Assembly (NCBI GenBank): GCA_037443685.1
Contig: JBBINX010000005.1
Location: forward strand, 1 to 62,380
Reading direction: 5' to 3'
Origin: Ignavibacteriales bacterium
GTDB taxonomy: Bacteria > Bacteroidota > Ignavibacteria > UBA10030 > BY39
DNA length: 62,380 bases
Shown here: positions 49,431-58,439 of the stretch, one piece after another
Position numbering within the stretch: position 1 is the stretch's first letter
Layout of the letters: each line of letters begins with the position of its first letter
Notes under the pieces: generated by a model
Database searches by the model: none
Seen by the model: only the letters and a program-made list of their open reading frames with translations
What the model was told of the DNA's origin: nothing
Made by a program: the position numbers and the translations under genes

Positions 49431-50351
49431 TTACTTAACCTTTCTGCTTTGGATTAGTTTTCTTATGTGATGATAATCGCTGTCGGTAGCTTCCACGAAT
49501 CCGAAGGAAAATTCTTTGTCCCACGATTCTACTTTTTTTCTATTCTCGGGTTTACGAACGTCTAGATTCAATAGGGCTGTTTTTATTGCATCGACAACTT
49601 TGGGGTTAAAATCTTTCGGAACAACAATTGGAGAACCTGCCATAGGATAGGATTTAGCGATAATCCTAATCCCAAATTTAGCGTAATCTTTTGCAATTTG
49701 TTCTCTTACTACTCCCGCATCAAAATTTCCTTTTAAAACCTGGGATATCACCGTTTGATGATGTGAAAAATTAAAAATTGAATCCAGTTCATTTTGTTTA
49801 ATATTCTGTTTTTTTAATTCATAAAATAAAAACCAGTTTGTAGTAAATGATTGTTCAGATGGCAGTGCTATTCGCTTTCTACGGATATCATCGATACTGT
49901 GTATTCCACTGCCACTTTTTGTAATAAGTACGGAATGGAAAAAGGGTTCTGAATTTTCATTTAAAGGTTTTAAAATACATTTAACGCCAAATTTATCATG
50001 CGCTCCCACATACACATAAGACCCAAGAAATGCCGCCTCAACTTTGTGATTTACAAGCTGCTGAACTGTTTCATCATAATTTGAGCTAAGTTTGAGTTCG
50101 AACTTAAAATCAGAGTTTTCACTTAAGTAATCCATCAATGGTTGATAACCCTGAAAAATAACCGGCGGCGGATAACGTGAAACAACGCCAATAAATATTG
50201 TATCTTTTTTTAATGTAACAGCTCTGTTATTCAAATTTTCTTGAAAATTTGGAAAGGGTTTTTGAATATCGAGGACAGACAAATATATCAAAGTGGTGGC
50301 TGAAGCTAAAACAATAATTATTAACACAATTAGACAAACTTCTTTTTTCAT
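49431..50351 (-). CDS. PhnD-like (phosphate/phosphite/phosphonate-type) periplasmic substrate-binding protein
   Basis: Signal anchor MKKEVCLIVLIIIVLASA. IGVVSRYPPPVIFQGYQPLMDYLSE...YDETVQQLVNHKVEAAFLGSYVY resembles the Phosphonate-bd fold. The ORF-track start at 50387 is probably too long. Confidence 0.65.
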   Translation of the reverse strand: MKKEVCLIVLIIIVLASATTLIYLSVLDIQKPFPNFQENLNNRAVTLKKDTIFIGVVSRYPPPVIFQGYQPLMDYLSENSDFKFELKLSSNYDETVQQLVNHKVEAAFLGSYVYVGAHDKFGVKCILKPLNENSEPFFHSVLITKSGSGIHSIDDIRRKRIALPSEQSFTTNWFLFYELKKQNIKQNELDSIFNFSHHQTVISQVLKGNFDAGVVREQIAKDYAKFGIRIIAKSYPMAGSPIVVPKDFNPKVVDAIKTALLNLDVRKPENRKKVESWDKEFSFGFVEATDSDYHHIRKLIQSRKVK

Positions 50352-50394
50352 AATGAAAAATATAGTATTTAGATGATGAAAAAGCAAACATTGA

Positions 50395-50440
50395 GGCGAT
50401 TTATCGCCACTTTATCGGTGTCTATTCGCCACAAAGGCGA
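50395..50440. promoter_or_regulatory. Two palindromic operator/UAS-like sites built from GGCGAT/ATCGCC half-sites
   Basis: GGCGAT-TT-ATCGCC (50395-50408) and TTCGCC-ACAAA-GGCGAT (50425-50441 region), in the divergent intergenic region about 110-155 nt upstream of the sigma-54-like promoter. Confidence 0.5.
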
Positions 50441-50550
50441 TATTTCGTTCTAATAAAAAATAAATAATTATTTTCTCTGTAAAAAACCTCTATATGATCA
50501 ATAATTTCAAGAATTTTATCTGCTGAGCGACTTGAAAAATCGTTTTAAAA

Positions 50551-50565
50551 TGGCACTTTTTTTGA
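50551..50565 (+). promoter_or_regulatory. Sigma-54 (-24/-12)-like promoter
   Basis: TGGCAC-ttttt-TTGA versus the consensus TGGCAC-N5-TTGC(A/T). Correct GG-to-G spacing (12 nt), one mismatch at the -12 C. It lies 59 nt upstream of ATG 50624. Confidence 0.55.
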
Positions 50566-50623
50566 CTTTATTTAATTGGTTTTAACTATAATTTTTTTAT
50601 CTTAAGAAAAAAAAGGAACAATT

Positions 50624-51208
50624 ATGGAAAATATTATACCTCGATGGGAGTGGCGTACTTTTTCTAACGATCTTGGTAAAGCAGAAGAAAACATAAGAAA
50701 ACACTCGGAAGGAAAGACACGGGAGAGTAATGAAGTTTATATACTTTCTGAAGTTAGCAATGATAACACAAAAGTGCGTGATGATCTTATGGATATTAAA
50801 ACTCTGCAGCAAGTTAATGAAGATCGCTTGGAACAATGGTTACCGATTATGAAGGGAGCTTTTCCGCTTCCTGTTTCTGAAATTGAGAAAGTATTTAAAT
50901 GTTTTAAAGTTGCTCTCCCTAAGTTTAAGCGAACTGAATATACATTCCAACAATATCTTGATGAGCTTATTCGTCCTTCTAAATTGTTAAAAGCAGTTAA
51001 TGTACATAAAAAAAGAACAGGTTTTACAATAAACAATACGATTGTAGAAATTGCAGAAGTAACTGTCGAAGGTAAAGTTATAAAGACCGCCGCAGTTGAA
51101 ATGGAAGACCCTGAACTTGTAATTAAAACCGTAAGAGAGCTTGGACTAGATACTTTTCCGAATATTAATTATCTTCGCGGGTTAAAAAACTTAATCGGAA
51201 TGAAATAG
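50624..51208 (+). CDS. CYTH-like domain protein with a degenerate N-terminal ExExK strand
   Basis: The strand pattern resembles CYTH (EWRTF in place of EIERKF; TKVRDD; MDIKTL; KKRTGFTINNTIVEIAEV). Assignment is by eye only. Confidence 0.4.
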   Translation: MENIIPRWEWRTFSNDLGKAEENIRKHSEGKTRESNEVYILSEVSNDNTKVRDDLMDIKTLQQVNEDRLEQWLPIMKGAFPLPVSEIEKVFKCFKVALPKFKRTEYTFQQYLDELIRPSKLLKAVNVHKKRTGFTINNTIVEIAEVTVEGKVIKTAAVEMEDPELVIKTVRELGLDTFPNINYLRGLKNLIGMK

Positions 51209-51217
51209 GAGAACGAA

Positions 51218-51685
51218 ATGGCAAATGAAATTGAACGAAAATTTTTAGTAAAAGGTGAGTTCAAAAAATTTGTAAGTAAGGAAACGCGAATCGTTCAGGG
51301 GTATCTTTCATCGGTACCCGAACGGACGGTGAGAGTTCGCATTAAGGGCGACAAAGGTTATATAACCATCAAAGGAATTGGTAATACTTCAGGTGCCAGC
51401 CGATATGAATGGGAGAAGGAAATTTCAATAAACGAAGTTGAAGAATTATTAAAAATATGTGAACCCGGTGTCATTGATAAAACCCGTTTTTTGGTAAAAG
51501 TCGGTAATCATACTTTCGAAGTAGATGAATTCCATGGTGAGAATAAAGGACTTGTTCTCGCAGAAATTGAATTAGCTTCAGAAAGTGAAACTTTTCAAAA
51601 ACCAGATTGGCTCGGTGAAGAAGTTACGGGCGACATAAAATATTATAACTCAATGTTGATGAAAATTCCTTATACAAAATGGTAA
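51218..51685 (+). CDS. CYTH-domain protein (CyaB/ThTPase-type triphosphate tunnel metalloenzyme)
   Basis: MANEIERKFLV (ExExK), RVRIKGDKGYITIKG, KTRF.V..G..FEVDEF.GEN.GLVLAEIEL. Confidence 0.85.
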   Translation: MANEIERKFLVKGEFKKFVSKETRIVQGYLSSVPERTVRVRIKGDKGYITIKGIGNTSGASRYEWEKEISINEVEELLKICEPGVIDKTRFLVKVGNHTFEVDEFHGENKGLVLAEIELASESETFQKPDWLGEEVTGDIKYYNSMLMKIPYTKW

Positions 51686-51732
51686 GAACAAATGCTTAAT
51701 AACAACATTCATTTTCATTTATTAAATTTGAT

Positions 51733-53328
51733 ATGAGTAAATTTGACCCACTCGATATGCATAACTACCGCATCGAGAAACTACCAAAACGTGATAAATC
51801 AAAAATTGAAAAGTGGCTTGCAATACTTGGGCCTATATTAGCAATTGCCGCTTTTGTTTTATTCGCTTTTATTATAAAACTACCTTTTCTTAATTCCATC
51901 GATTCAACTCAATTGGTAACAGATGCAGCGAAGGAAGTTTATAATAAATTAGGTCACGATGCATTTGTAAAAAACAACGAATTCATGCTTGCAATTTTTG
52001 TTGCATCCATTATTCTTTGGATGACACAGTCAATTCCAAATTATTTGACATCTCTTTTGCTGATTATAAGTCTAGTGCTAACGGGTGTACTATCGGAAAA
52101 AGTCGCTTATGCTCAACTCGGTCATCCTGTTATGTGGTTGAACATAATGTCGTTCGTGCTTGCAAGTATGTTAGTCGTTACCGGACTTGCAAAACGATTT
52201 GCTCTTTGGCTGATTATCAAATTTGGTAAAAATGCGAGCACAATATTTATAAGTTTTATTGTTATTAATCTCGTCATGTCTGCATTTATATCCGCAACAA
52301 CTGCAAAAGCGGCAATACTGCTACCTATCTTTATGGTGATAGCGGCTATCTATGGAGCGCAAAGCGGAGTAAATAGGAATAATTTTGGGCGGAGTATAGT
52401 CCTTCAAAATCTTTTAAACATTAATCTTGGTGCTGGCGCTTTTGTAACAGGTTCAGGAGCCAATCTGTTAGCTGCTGCACTTATAGGTGGAGCTATTGGT
52501 GGAAAAATTTTCTTCTCCGATTGGATGATCGCGATGTTTCCTGTGATGCTTTGTTTGATGTTTATTGGTTACTTACTTGCTATGAAGATATTTTTCCCTC
52601 TAAAACTTGAAGAACGGTTACCGTTAATTGAGGGGGGCATGGAGAGGTTAAAAGAAGAATACGATAAACTCGGTTCAATAAGTTTTCTCGAGATTAAATC
52701 GGCAATTATTTTTATTGCCATCCTTGCCCTTTGGGCTACAGATAGTATTCACGGGATTAGTGCGACTGCGGTAGCATTTTTCGGAGCGATTGTAGCGCTG
52801 CTACCAAGAATTGGAATTGTAAAATGGAATGATGTTGACATCCCATGGCATCTCATGTTATTCTCTGCTGGTGCTTATACTCTTGGTGCCGGTTTGGATG
52901 CCACAGACCTCCCATCGATTAGTGTAAATGCTTTTTTCGACCATCTGGGAATTGGTAAAAATACAAGTTTTTGGCTGCTGTATTTATTATTAACTGGAGT
53001 TATGGTTTTTAGCGCACTTATTTTCCAATCTAAAACTATGCGTGCTATGATATTCATACCAATTGCGATTGGTGTAGCTAACAGATTCGGTTTTAATGTT
53101 GTAAGCCTCGCATTACCAGTTGCTTTTATGATTGAGCACGTTTATGTATTACCTTTTAACAGTAAGCCAGCCGCTTTGCTTTATGAAACCGACCATTATA
53201 GTTTAACCGATACGTTCAAATATGGATTCACAATGATGGTGATTGCCTGGCTGCTCATAATTGTTGCAGGTGAAACTTGGTTCAGATATTTAGGAATAAC
53301 TCCAAACGGAATTTTCGGAATATTTTGA
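51733..53328 (+). CDS. SLC13/DASS-family anion permease
   Basis: Polytopic, with a duplicated hairpin motif (WMTQSIPNYLTSLLL and MIEHVYVLPFNSKPAAL) typical of DASS/ArsB-NhaD superfamily permeases. Confidence 0.7.
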   Translation: MSKFDPLDMHNYRIEKLPKRDKSKIEKWLAILGPILAIAAFVLFAFIIKLPFLNSIDSTQLVTDAAKEVYNKLGHDAFVKNNEFMLAIFVASIILWMTQSIPNYLTSLLLIISLVLTGVLSEKVAYAQLGHPVMWLNIMSFVLASMLVVTGLAKRFALWLIIKFGKNASTIFISFIVINLVMSAFISATTAKAAILLPIFMVIAAIYGAQSGVNRNNFGRSIVLQNLLNINLGAGAFVTGSGANLLAAALIGGAIGGKIFFSDWMIAMFPVMLCLMFIGYLLAMKIFFPLKLEERLPLIEGGMERLKEEYDKLGSISFLEIKSAIIFIAILALWATDSIHGISATAVAFFGAIVALLPRIGIVKWNDVDIPWHLMLFSAGAYTLGAGLDATDLPSISVNAFFDHLGIGKNTSFWLLYLLLTGVMVFSALIFQSKTMRAMIFIPIAIGVANRFGFNVVSLALPVAFMIEHVYVLPFNSKPAALLYETDHYSLTDTFKYGFTMMVIAWLLIIVAGETWFRYLGITPNGIFGIF

Positions 53329-53405
53329 TATGTTCGTTACACATTTTTTGATATATTTTATAGACGTTCTAAAGGAAAAATAAAAACAATTAATTGGATA
53401 CACCG

Positions 53406-54050
53406 ATGGATTTATTATTACGAAAAACAAAAGAACTTGAGATGCAGATAGACGAATATCTTGATATGGCAGTAAAAGGAGCCTTAATTTTTCGACAGGG
53501 GATAAAACACTATTTGAATAATCAGGTTGAAGAATTTACAGAGGATAGGCATAGGATTGATGAAATGGAAAGCAAGGGGGATGCTCTTAGGCGTTCGATT
53601 GAAACAAGGTTGTATTTAGAAACTCTTATACCTGAATTTCGAGGCGATGTATTGGGTTTGCTCGAGAGCACTGACAAAGTTTTAAATATGACAGCCGATA
53701 CACTCGCTCAATTTGAAGTTGAAAAACCTAAAATTTTAGATGAATTAAAACCATTATTCTTAGAGTTAGCAGATGCTGCAACTTCAGCTATTGAATCAAT
53801 GGCTTTAGCTATCCGGTCCTATTTCAAAGAATTGAATAAAGTTCGGGATAATATCAACAAGGTGATGTTTTATGAAAAGGAGACAGATAAGATCAGCGAT
53901 AGGATAAAAAGAACAGTTTTTCAGACAGACTTAGATTTAAGTTTAAAAATACACACGCGTTATTTTGCTTATCACATCGAATTAATTGCTGATGAAGCTG
54001 AAGATGTATGCGACCGTTTATCTATTGCTGCAATTAAAAGGCATTTATGA
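53406..54050 (+). CDS. DUF47/TIGR00153 PhoU-like phosphate-transport regulator
   Basis: Helical-bundle sequence with E.E.D..RR and YFAYHIELIADEAEDVCDRL. The ATGA overlap with the PiT gene is the canonical DUF47-PiT pair. The ORF-track TTG at 53394 is an alternative start. Confidence 0.8.
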   Translation: MDLLLRKTKELEMQIDEYLDMAVKGALIFRQGIKHYLNNQVEEFTEDRHRIDEMESKGDALRRSIETRLYLETLIPEFRGDVLGLLESTDKVLNMTADTLAQFEVEKPKILDELKPLFLELADAATSAIESMALAIRSYFKELNKVRDNINKVMFYEKETDKISDRIKRTVFQTDLDLSLKIHTRYFAYHIELIADEAEDVCDRLSIAAIKRHL

Positions 54051-55537
54051 TTTGGTTTTTTCTAACAAGCGGTTTATTCCTTGGATGGTCATTAGGCGCT
54101 AACGATGGGGTAAATGTTTTCGGGACGGCGGTTTCTTCACGGATGGTGAAGTTTAAATTGGCTGCCTTAATCGCCGGTACATTCATTATTTTAGGTGCAG
54201 TTATCAGTGGTGGTGGAACGACACGTACACTTACCGACTTAGGTGCAGTGAACGCTCTCGCAGGTAGTTTTACAGTGGCTTTAGCTGCAGGTATTGCAGT
54301 AGCATCCATGACGCGACTCAAACTTCCGGTATCAACCTCTCAAGCGATTGTTGGTGGAATTATTGGTTGGAATTTATTTACGGGTTCACCAACAGATACT
54401 TCAGTTTTGTCAAAAATAGTAATGACGTGGGTAGTATCTTTGGTTTTATCCGCTGTATTTGCCTTTATCCTTTTTAAATTCACAACTATCATTTTAAAAA
54501 AAATTAAAATCCATATTCTTCACCTGGATTATTTTACTCGGATGGGTTTAATAGTCGTTGGTGCATTTGCGTCTTATTCATTAGGAGCAAGCAATATCGC
54601 CAATGTTATGGGTATGTTCGTCAATGCTTCTCCTTTCGAAAGCATAAATGTATTTGATCTTTTCCATTTTTCGGGAACTCAACAACTCTTTTTGATAGGT
54701 GGAATAGCGATTGCAGTCGGCATTTATACATATGGCTATAAAGTGATGGTTACTGTCGGTAATCAGTTGTTCAAAATAACACCTATTACTGGTCTAATTG
54801 TGGTATTAGCTGAATCGTTAGTACTGTTTTTATTCGCATCGGAAGGACTTGAAACCCTACTTATAAACAACGGCTTACCACCAATTCCGCTGGTTCCGTT
54901 ATCAAGTACCCAAGTAGTCATTGGGGCAGTCGTCGGAGTTGGCCTTGCAAAAGGTGGCGGCGGAATCAATTACAAAATTTTAGGTAAAATATCTATCGGC
55001 TGGGTAGCAGTGCCGATAATTGCCGCGTTAATAAGTTTTGTAACTCTTTTCTTCGTTCAAAATGTTTTCGAGCAAAAAGTTGTGCAACAGATTCCTTACA
55101 AGTTATCCGAAGACGTTATCGATGCGCTCGGTGAACAAAATATTCAAAAAGAACCGTTATTAAAATTGAAAAATTCATACTATCTCGGTTCGGCTAATTT
55201 CCGTTATGCTTTGAGTAAACAACAAAGATGGAATGAAGATCAACTCTTTTTAATTTTTTCTTATGCAGCACTTGACAGCTTCCTCATCGATTCGTCATTT
55301 GTAAAAGAAACTCTCAAAGATGATTTAATAATGCCTGAACGATTAGAAGTATTAAAAAAATTGCACGGACAAATCTTTGTCCATAAATGGCAACTCGAAA
55401 AAGCTCTTGCTGACTCAGGCAACGCTTGGAAAACTCAATCTGGAAAAGGAGCAAAATTGTATAATAAAATACTTAAACGTGAAAAATATTTAGTATTCGA
55501 TACATTTAGGATTAAATCAAAAATAATTATTAATTAA
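54047..55537 (+). CDS. pit: PiT-family inorganic phosphate transporter with a roughly 150-aa C-terminal soluble extension
   Basis: Duplicated signature GANDGVNVFGTAVSSR and GASNIANVMG. Polytopic. Confidence 0.88.
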   Translation: MIWFFLTSGLFLGWSLGANDGVNVFGTAVSSRMVKFKLAALIAGTFIILGAVISGGGTTRTLTDLGAVNALAGSFTVALAAGIAVASMTRLKLPVSTSQAIVGGIIGWNLFTGSPTDTSVLSKIVMTWVVSLVLSAVFAFILFKFTTIILKKIKIHILHLDYFTRMGLIVVGAFASYSLGASNIANVMGMFVNASPFESINVFDLFHFSGTQQLFLIGGIAIAVGIYTYGYKVMVTVGNQLFKITPITGLIVVLAESLVLFLFASEGLETLLINNGLPPIPLVPLSSTQVVIGAVVGVGLAKGGGGINYKILGKISIGWVAVPIIAALISFVTLFFVQNVFEQKVVQQIPYKLSEDVIDALGEQNIQKEPLLKLKNSYYLGSANFRYALSKQQRWNEDQLFLIFSYAALDSFLIDSSFVKETLKDDLIMPERLEVLKKLHGQIFVHKWQLEKALADSGNAWKTQSGKGAKLYNKILKREKYLVFDTFRIKSKIIIN

Positions 55538-55558
55538 TAATAATAATGAGGTGAACTA

Positions 55559-56842
55559 ATGAATAACAAAAAAAATATTATTTTAGTAATAGCATCAGTG
55601 ATGCTAACTGTTTTCGGTTTTAGCGGATTGATGGCGCAAGATTCGAAAAGCCCCGGGGAAGAATATAAAGCCCCATTAGCCGCCGAGGTTCGTAACGGAA
55701 AACTTTTCTTCGCTTCTGAAGACGGAAATTTTAGCTGGTGGTTCGATTCCCGGCTTCAAATTGATGGAGCTATGTATTTCGAGAACAAGAATCTGATGAG
55801 TAATGGTGTTACATTAAGAAGACTCACCTTTGCACTCAAGGCAATTCTCTGGAAGGATTGGGCGGCTGAACTTGACGTTGATTTTGGCGAGGCAGTTTCG
55901 ACCAAATCTCAAATATCTTTAAGAGATATGTGGATAAAATATACTTTCCCTTCTTTTAATTTTGCCCTTCAAGTAGGACATTTTAAAGAACCTTTTGGAA
56001 TGGAAAGATTAAATAGTTCCCGACTATTGACTTTCTTAGAACGGTCTGCAGTATCTAATGCTATAGCCCTTGGAAGACGAATAGGGGGGGCTGCCAGATA
56101 TTGGAACAACTATGGTCAAGTTACAGCAGCAATCATGGGACACGAAGCTGGGACCAGAGTAGATAAAGGACAACGAGACGAAGGCTTTTCTACAAACCTT
56201 CGTACATCCGTAGCACCAATAAATAAAGATGGACATAACTTGCACATAGGATTTGCTGGTTCCTACAAAATTCCAGACGTTGTCGCTGACCTAAGCCGCA
56301 ACACAATTGAGGTTAACGCCCGCACAGAAACTTATGTATTCAATCCGAAGTTTTTACATACCGGCGATATTAATGATGTAAATTATTATAATCGTTATGG
56401 TACCGAGTTAATGTACATAAATGGACCGTTCTATTTTCAGTCCGAATTTATGGGGATGTCAATTAAACGCTGGAAAACTAAACCGACTGTTAATTTAAGG
56501 GGTGGCTATGCGATGGCGTCCTATATGCTAACGGGTGAAACACGTTATTATCACATTGATGAAGGCGAGGTTGGAGCAATCGAACCGCCAAAAAATAGCT
56601 GGGGTGCATTAGAATTAGCGGCTCGTTACAGTGTTACAAATCTGAACCACTTTAATGCCGGGATAAGGGGTGGACAGTCGAACCAATTAATGCTCGGAAT
56701 AAATTATTACCCCAATATGAATATCAAACTCCAATTCAATTATTCATTCGTTAACTTAGACCAGTATGCTACAAGAAAAGGTAACTTAATTGGAGATGAT
56801 GACCATTCATTCATTCAAATGCGCCTTCAAGCATCATTATAA
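55559..56842 (+). CDS. Phosphate-selective porin O/P family outer-membrane protein
   Basis: Signal peptide present. FSWWFDSRLQIDGAMYFE, LRRLTFALKAILWKDWAAELDVDF, FKEPFGMERLNSSR. C-terminal aromatic-rich strand. Confidence 0.8.
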   Translation: MNNKKNIILVIASVMLTVFGFSGLMAQDSKSPGEEYKAPLAAEVRNGKLFFASEDGNFSWWFDSRLQIDGAMYFENKNLMSNGVTLRRLTFALKAILWKDWAAELDVDFGEAVSTKSQISLRDMWIKYTFPSFNFALQVGHFKEPFGMERLNSSRLLTFLERSAVSNAIALGRRIGGAARYWNNYGQVTAAIMGHEAGTRVDKGQRDEGFSTNLRTSVAPINKDGHNLHIGFAGSYKIPDVVADLSRNTIEVNARTETYVFNPKFLHTGDINDVNYYNRYGTELMYINGPFYFQSEFMGMSIKRWKTKPTVNLRGGYAMASYMLTGETRYYHIDEGEVGAIEPPKNSWGALELAARYSVTNLNHFNAGIRGGQSNQLMLGINYYPNMNIKLQFNYSFVNLDQYATRKGNLIGDDDHSFIQMRLQASL

Positions 56843-56861
56843 AAATAAGGAGATAAAAAAA

Positions 56862-58193
56862 ATGAAAAAAATATTATTAGCTCTTGCATACATTATTCCA
56901 TTATTGTTCACATCTTGTTCACGAGAAGATCCAAATCCTTTAATACCACCACCTCCACCTCAAGTTGCATTTAAGATTAATGAAATTTACTCAAGAGGTG
57001 ATACTATTAATCCTGATTGGATCGAAATTTTCAATCCATCAAGTAGTCAGTTGGATATTAGCGGTTATAAAATCTACGATATCGGCGGACAAAGTGGTTC
57101 AAAACCCAAAAAATTATTCCCGAGTGGAACAAAAATTCCAGCGAAAGGATTTTTTGTTGTTATTGTTGATGATACAACTTCGAGCGGATTTGGTTTATCA
57201 AGTTCGGGTGAACAGGTTTGGTTGGAAAATGCTTTAGGAAGTGTAATAGATAATGTTACTTTCCCAGCGCTTGATGTTAATCAATCGTACATTAGATACC
57301 CGGATGGTTCATCTACTTGGTTGAAGACCGATAGTGTAACAAGTGGGGCATCGAATGTACTAAAAACTAATTTTCTAATTAAAATAAATGAAATTTACTC
57401 AAGTGGGACTGTATCTAATCCAGACTGGATTGAAGTTTATAATTTATTGGGTTCTCAAATTGAACTCAGTGGATTTATGCTTTATAACAATGACGGAAAA
57501 AGTGGTTCGAAGCCAAAAAAATTATTTCCGAATGGCACAATAATTCCAGCTAATGGATTTATTGTTATGGTTGTTGATGATACAACTTCAAGTGGATTCG
57601 GATTATCGAGTTCGGGTGAAAAGGTTTGGTTAGAAAATAATTCTGGTGTTGTTATAGATAGTGTAACTTTTCCCGCCCTTGGAATTGATACCTCTTATGC
57701 CAGACAACCCGATGGCACGGATAATTGGATTAAACTCTTTCCAGCAACGAAAGGTGCTTCTAATATTTCAACAGTAACTGTAAATCTAGTCATGAATGAG
57801 ATTTATTCGAGAGGCACAGCTGGAAATTTAGACTGGATTGAAGTTTATAATCCGAATACTGTTCAGGTTAATCTTAATGGGTATAAGATTTATGATATTG
57901 GTGGGCAAAGTGGAACAAAGCCGAAGAAATCGTTTCCGGCGACTGCTGTTATTCCAGCGAAGGGATTTTATGTTATCATCACTGATACAGCAGATTATTC
58001 GGGTGATTTGAGTGGTTTTGGACTCTCCAGTAGTGGAGAAGAAGTTTGGTTAGAAAATTCCAGCGGTACGGTGATAGATAATGTTACATTTACTGCGATG
58101 AGTACTACACAAACTTACGGAAGGTATCCAGATGGCAGCACAAACTGGCAATTACTAAACACTATTACACGCGGCGGTCCTAATCAACCGTAA
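56862..58193 (+). CDS. Lipoprotein made of three tandem lamin-tail-domain (LTD) repeats
   Basis: MKKILLALAYIIPLLFTSC lipobox after AAGGAGA. Three roughly 137-aa repeats, each with INEIYS.G...NPDWIE(I/V)(F/Y)N, GYKIYD.GGQSG.KPKK.FP, GFGLSSSGE.VWLEN..G.VID.VTF, and YxR(Y/Q)PDG. ORF-track start 56790 rejected because it overlaps the porin gene. Confidence 0.75.
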   Translation: MKKILLALAYIIPLLFTSCSREDPNPLIPPPPPQVAFKINEIYSRGDTINPDWIEIFNPSSSQLDISGYKIYDIGGQSGSKPKKLFPSGTKIPAKGFFVVIVDDTTSSGFGLSSSGEQVWLENALGSVIDNVTFPALDVNQSYIRYPDGSSTWLKTDSVTSGASNVLKTNFLIKINEIYSSGTVSNPDWIEVYNLLGSQIELSGFMLYNNDGKSGSKPKKLFPNGTIIPANGFIVMVVDDTTSSGFGLSSSGEKVWLENNSGVVIDSVTFPALGIDTSYARQPDGTDNWIKLFPATKGASNISTVTVNLVMNEIYSRGTAGNLDWIEVYNPNTVQVNLNGYKIYDIGGQSGTKPKKSFPATAVIPAKGFYVIITDTADYSGDLSGFGLSSSGEEVWLENSSGTVIDNVTFTAMSTTQTYGRYPDGSTNWQLLNTITRGGPNQP

Positions 58194-58207
58194 ATATAAT
58201 AACACTC

Positions 58208-58224
58208 ACCTGCTTGCCGCAGGT
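58208..58224 (+). terminator. Short hairpin after the LTD gene
   Basis: acctgc / gcaggt 6-bp stem with a 5-nt loop and a weak T tail. Confidence 0.35.
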
Positions 58225-58229
58225 AGGGT

Positions 58230-58413
58230 TTACACAGATATGACTGATTAACTGATGTTGCGCAAAGTTCAACTTTAAAAAAATAAAAAAACGATTTAAA
58301 GAATAATAGAACACGGATGACGCTGATTTTGACTGATTTTCACGGATTTAAATCTGTGTACATCAGTTTAATCTGTGTCATCAGTGGTCTATTTTGTGTT
58401 TTGCGTAACATCA
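58230..58413. repeat. Structured MITE-like intergenic repeat (cacggat/atctgtg family), copy A
   Basis: Outer IR tgatgttgcgcaaa (58253-58266) / tttgcgtaacatca (58400-58413), 13/14. Inner IR tacacagat / atctgtgta. Near-palindrome cacggatttaaatctgtg. Shares the 13-mer agaacacggatga with copy B. Confidence 0.6.
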
Positions 58414-58439
58414 ACTATTTAATAATAAAAAAAATTACT

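Noticed and set aside
56790-56861. Upstream start for the LTD gene (MEMMTIHSFKCAFKHHYKNKEIKK)
   Set aside because: It overlaps the last 53 nt of the porin gene and lacks a signal sequence. ATG 56862 follows AAGGAGA and gives a lipoprotein leader.
56970-58193. LTD triplication as a diversity-generating retroelement target (template/variable repeats)
   Set aside because: No reverse transcriptase is nearby. Differences between the repeats are spread over all bases and codon positions rather than being adenine-specific. The units are in-frame protein-domain repeats.
58317-58439. N-terminal 41 codons of ORF 58317..59195 (MTLILTDFHGFKSVYISLICVISG...), and likewise 59128..59295 of the next ORF
   Set aside because: These codons are translations of the structured repeat elements, the cacggat/atctgtg and ctttgcg families. 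The second also overlaps the preceding gene by 68 nt.
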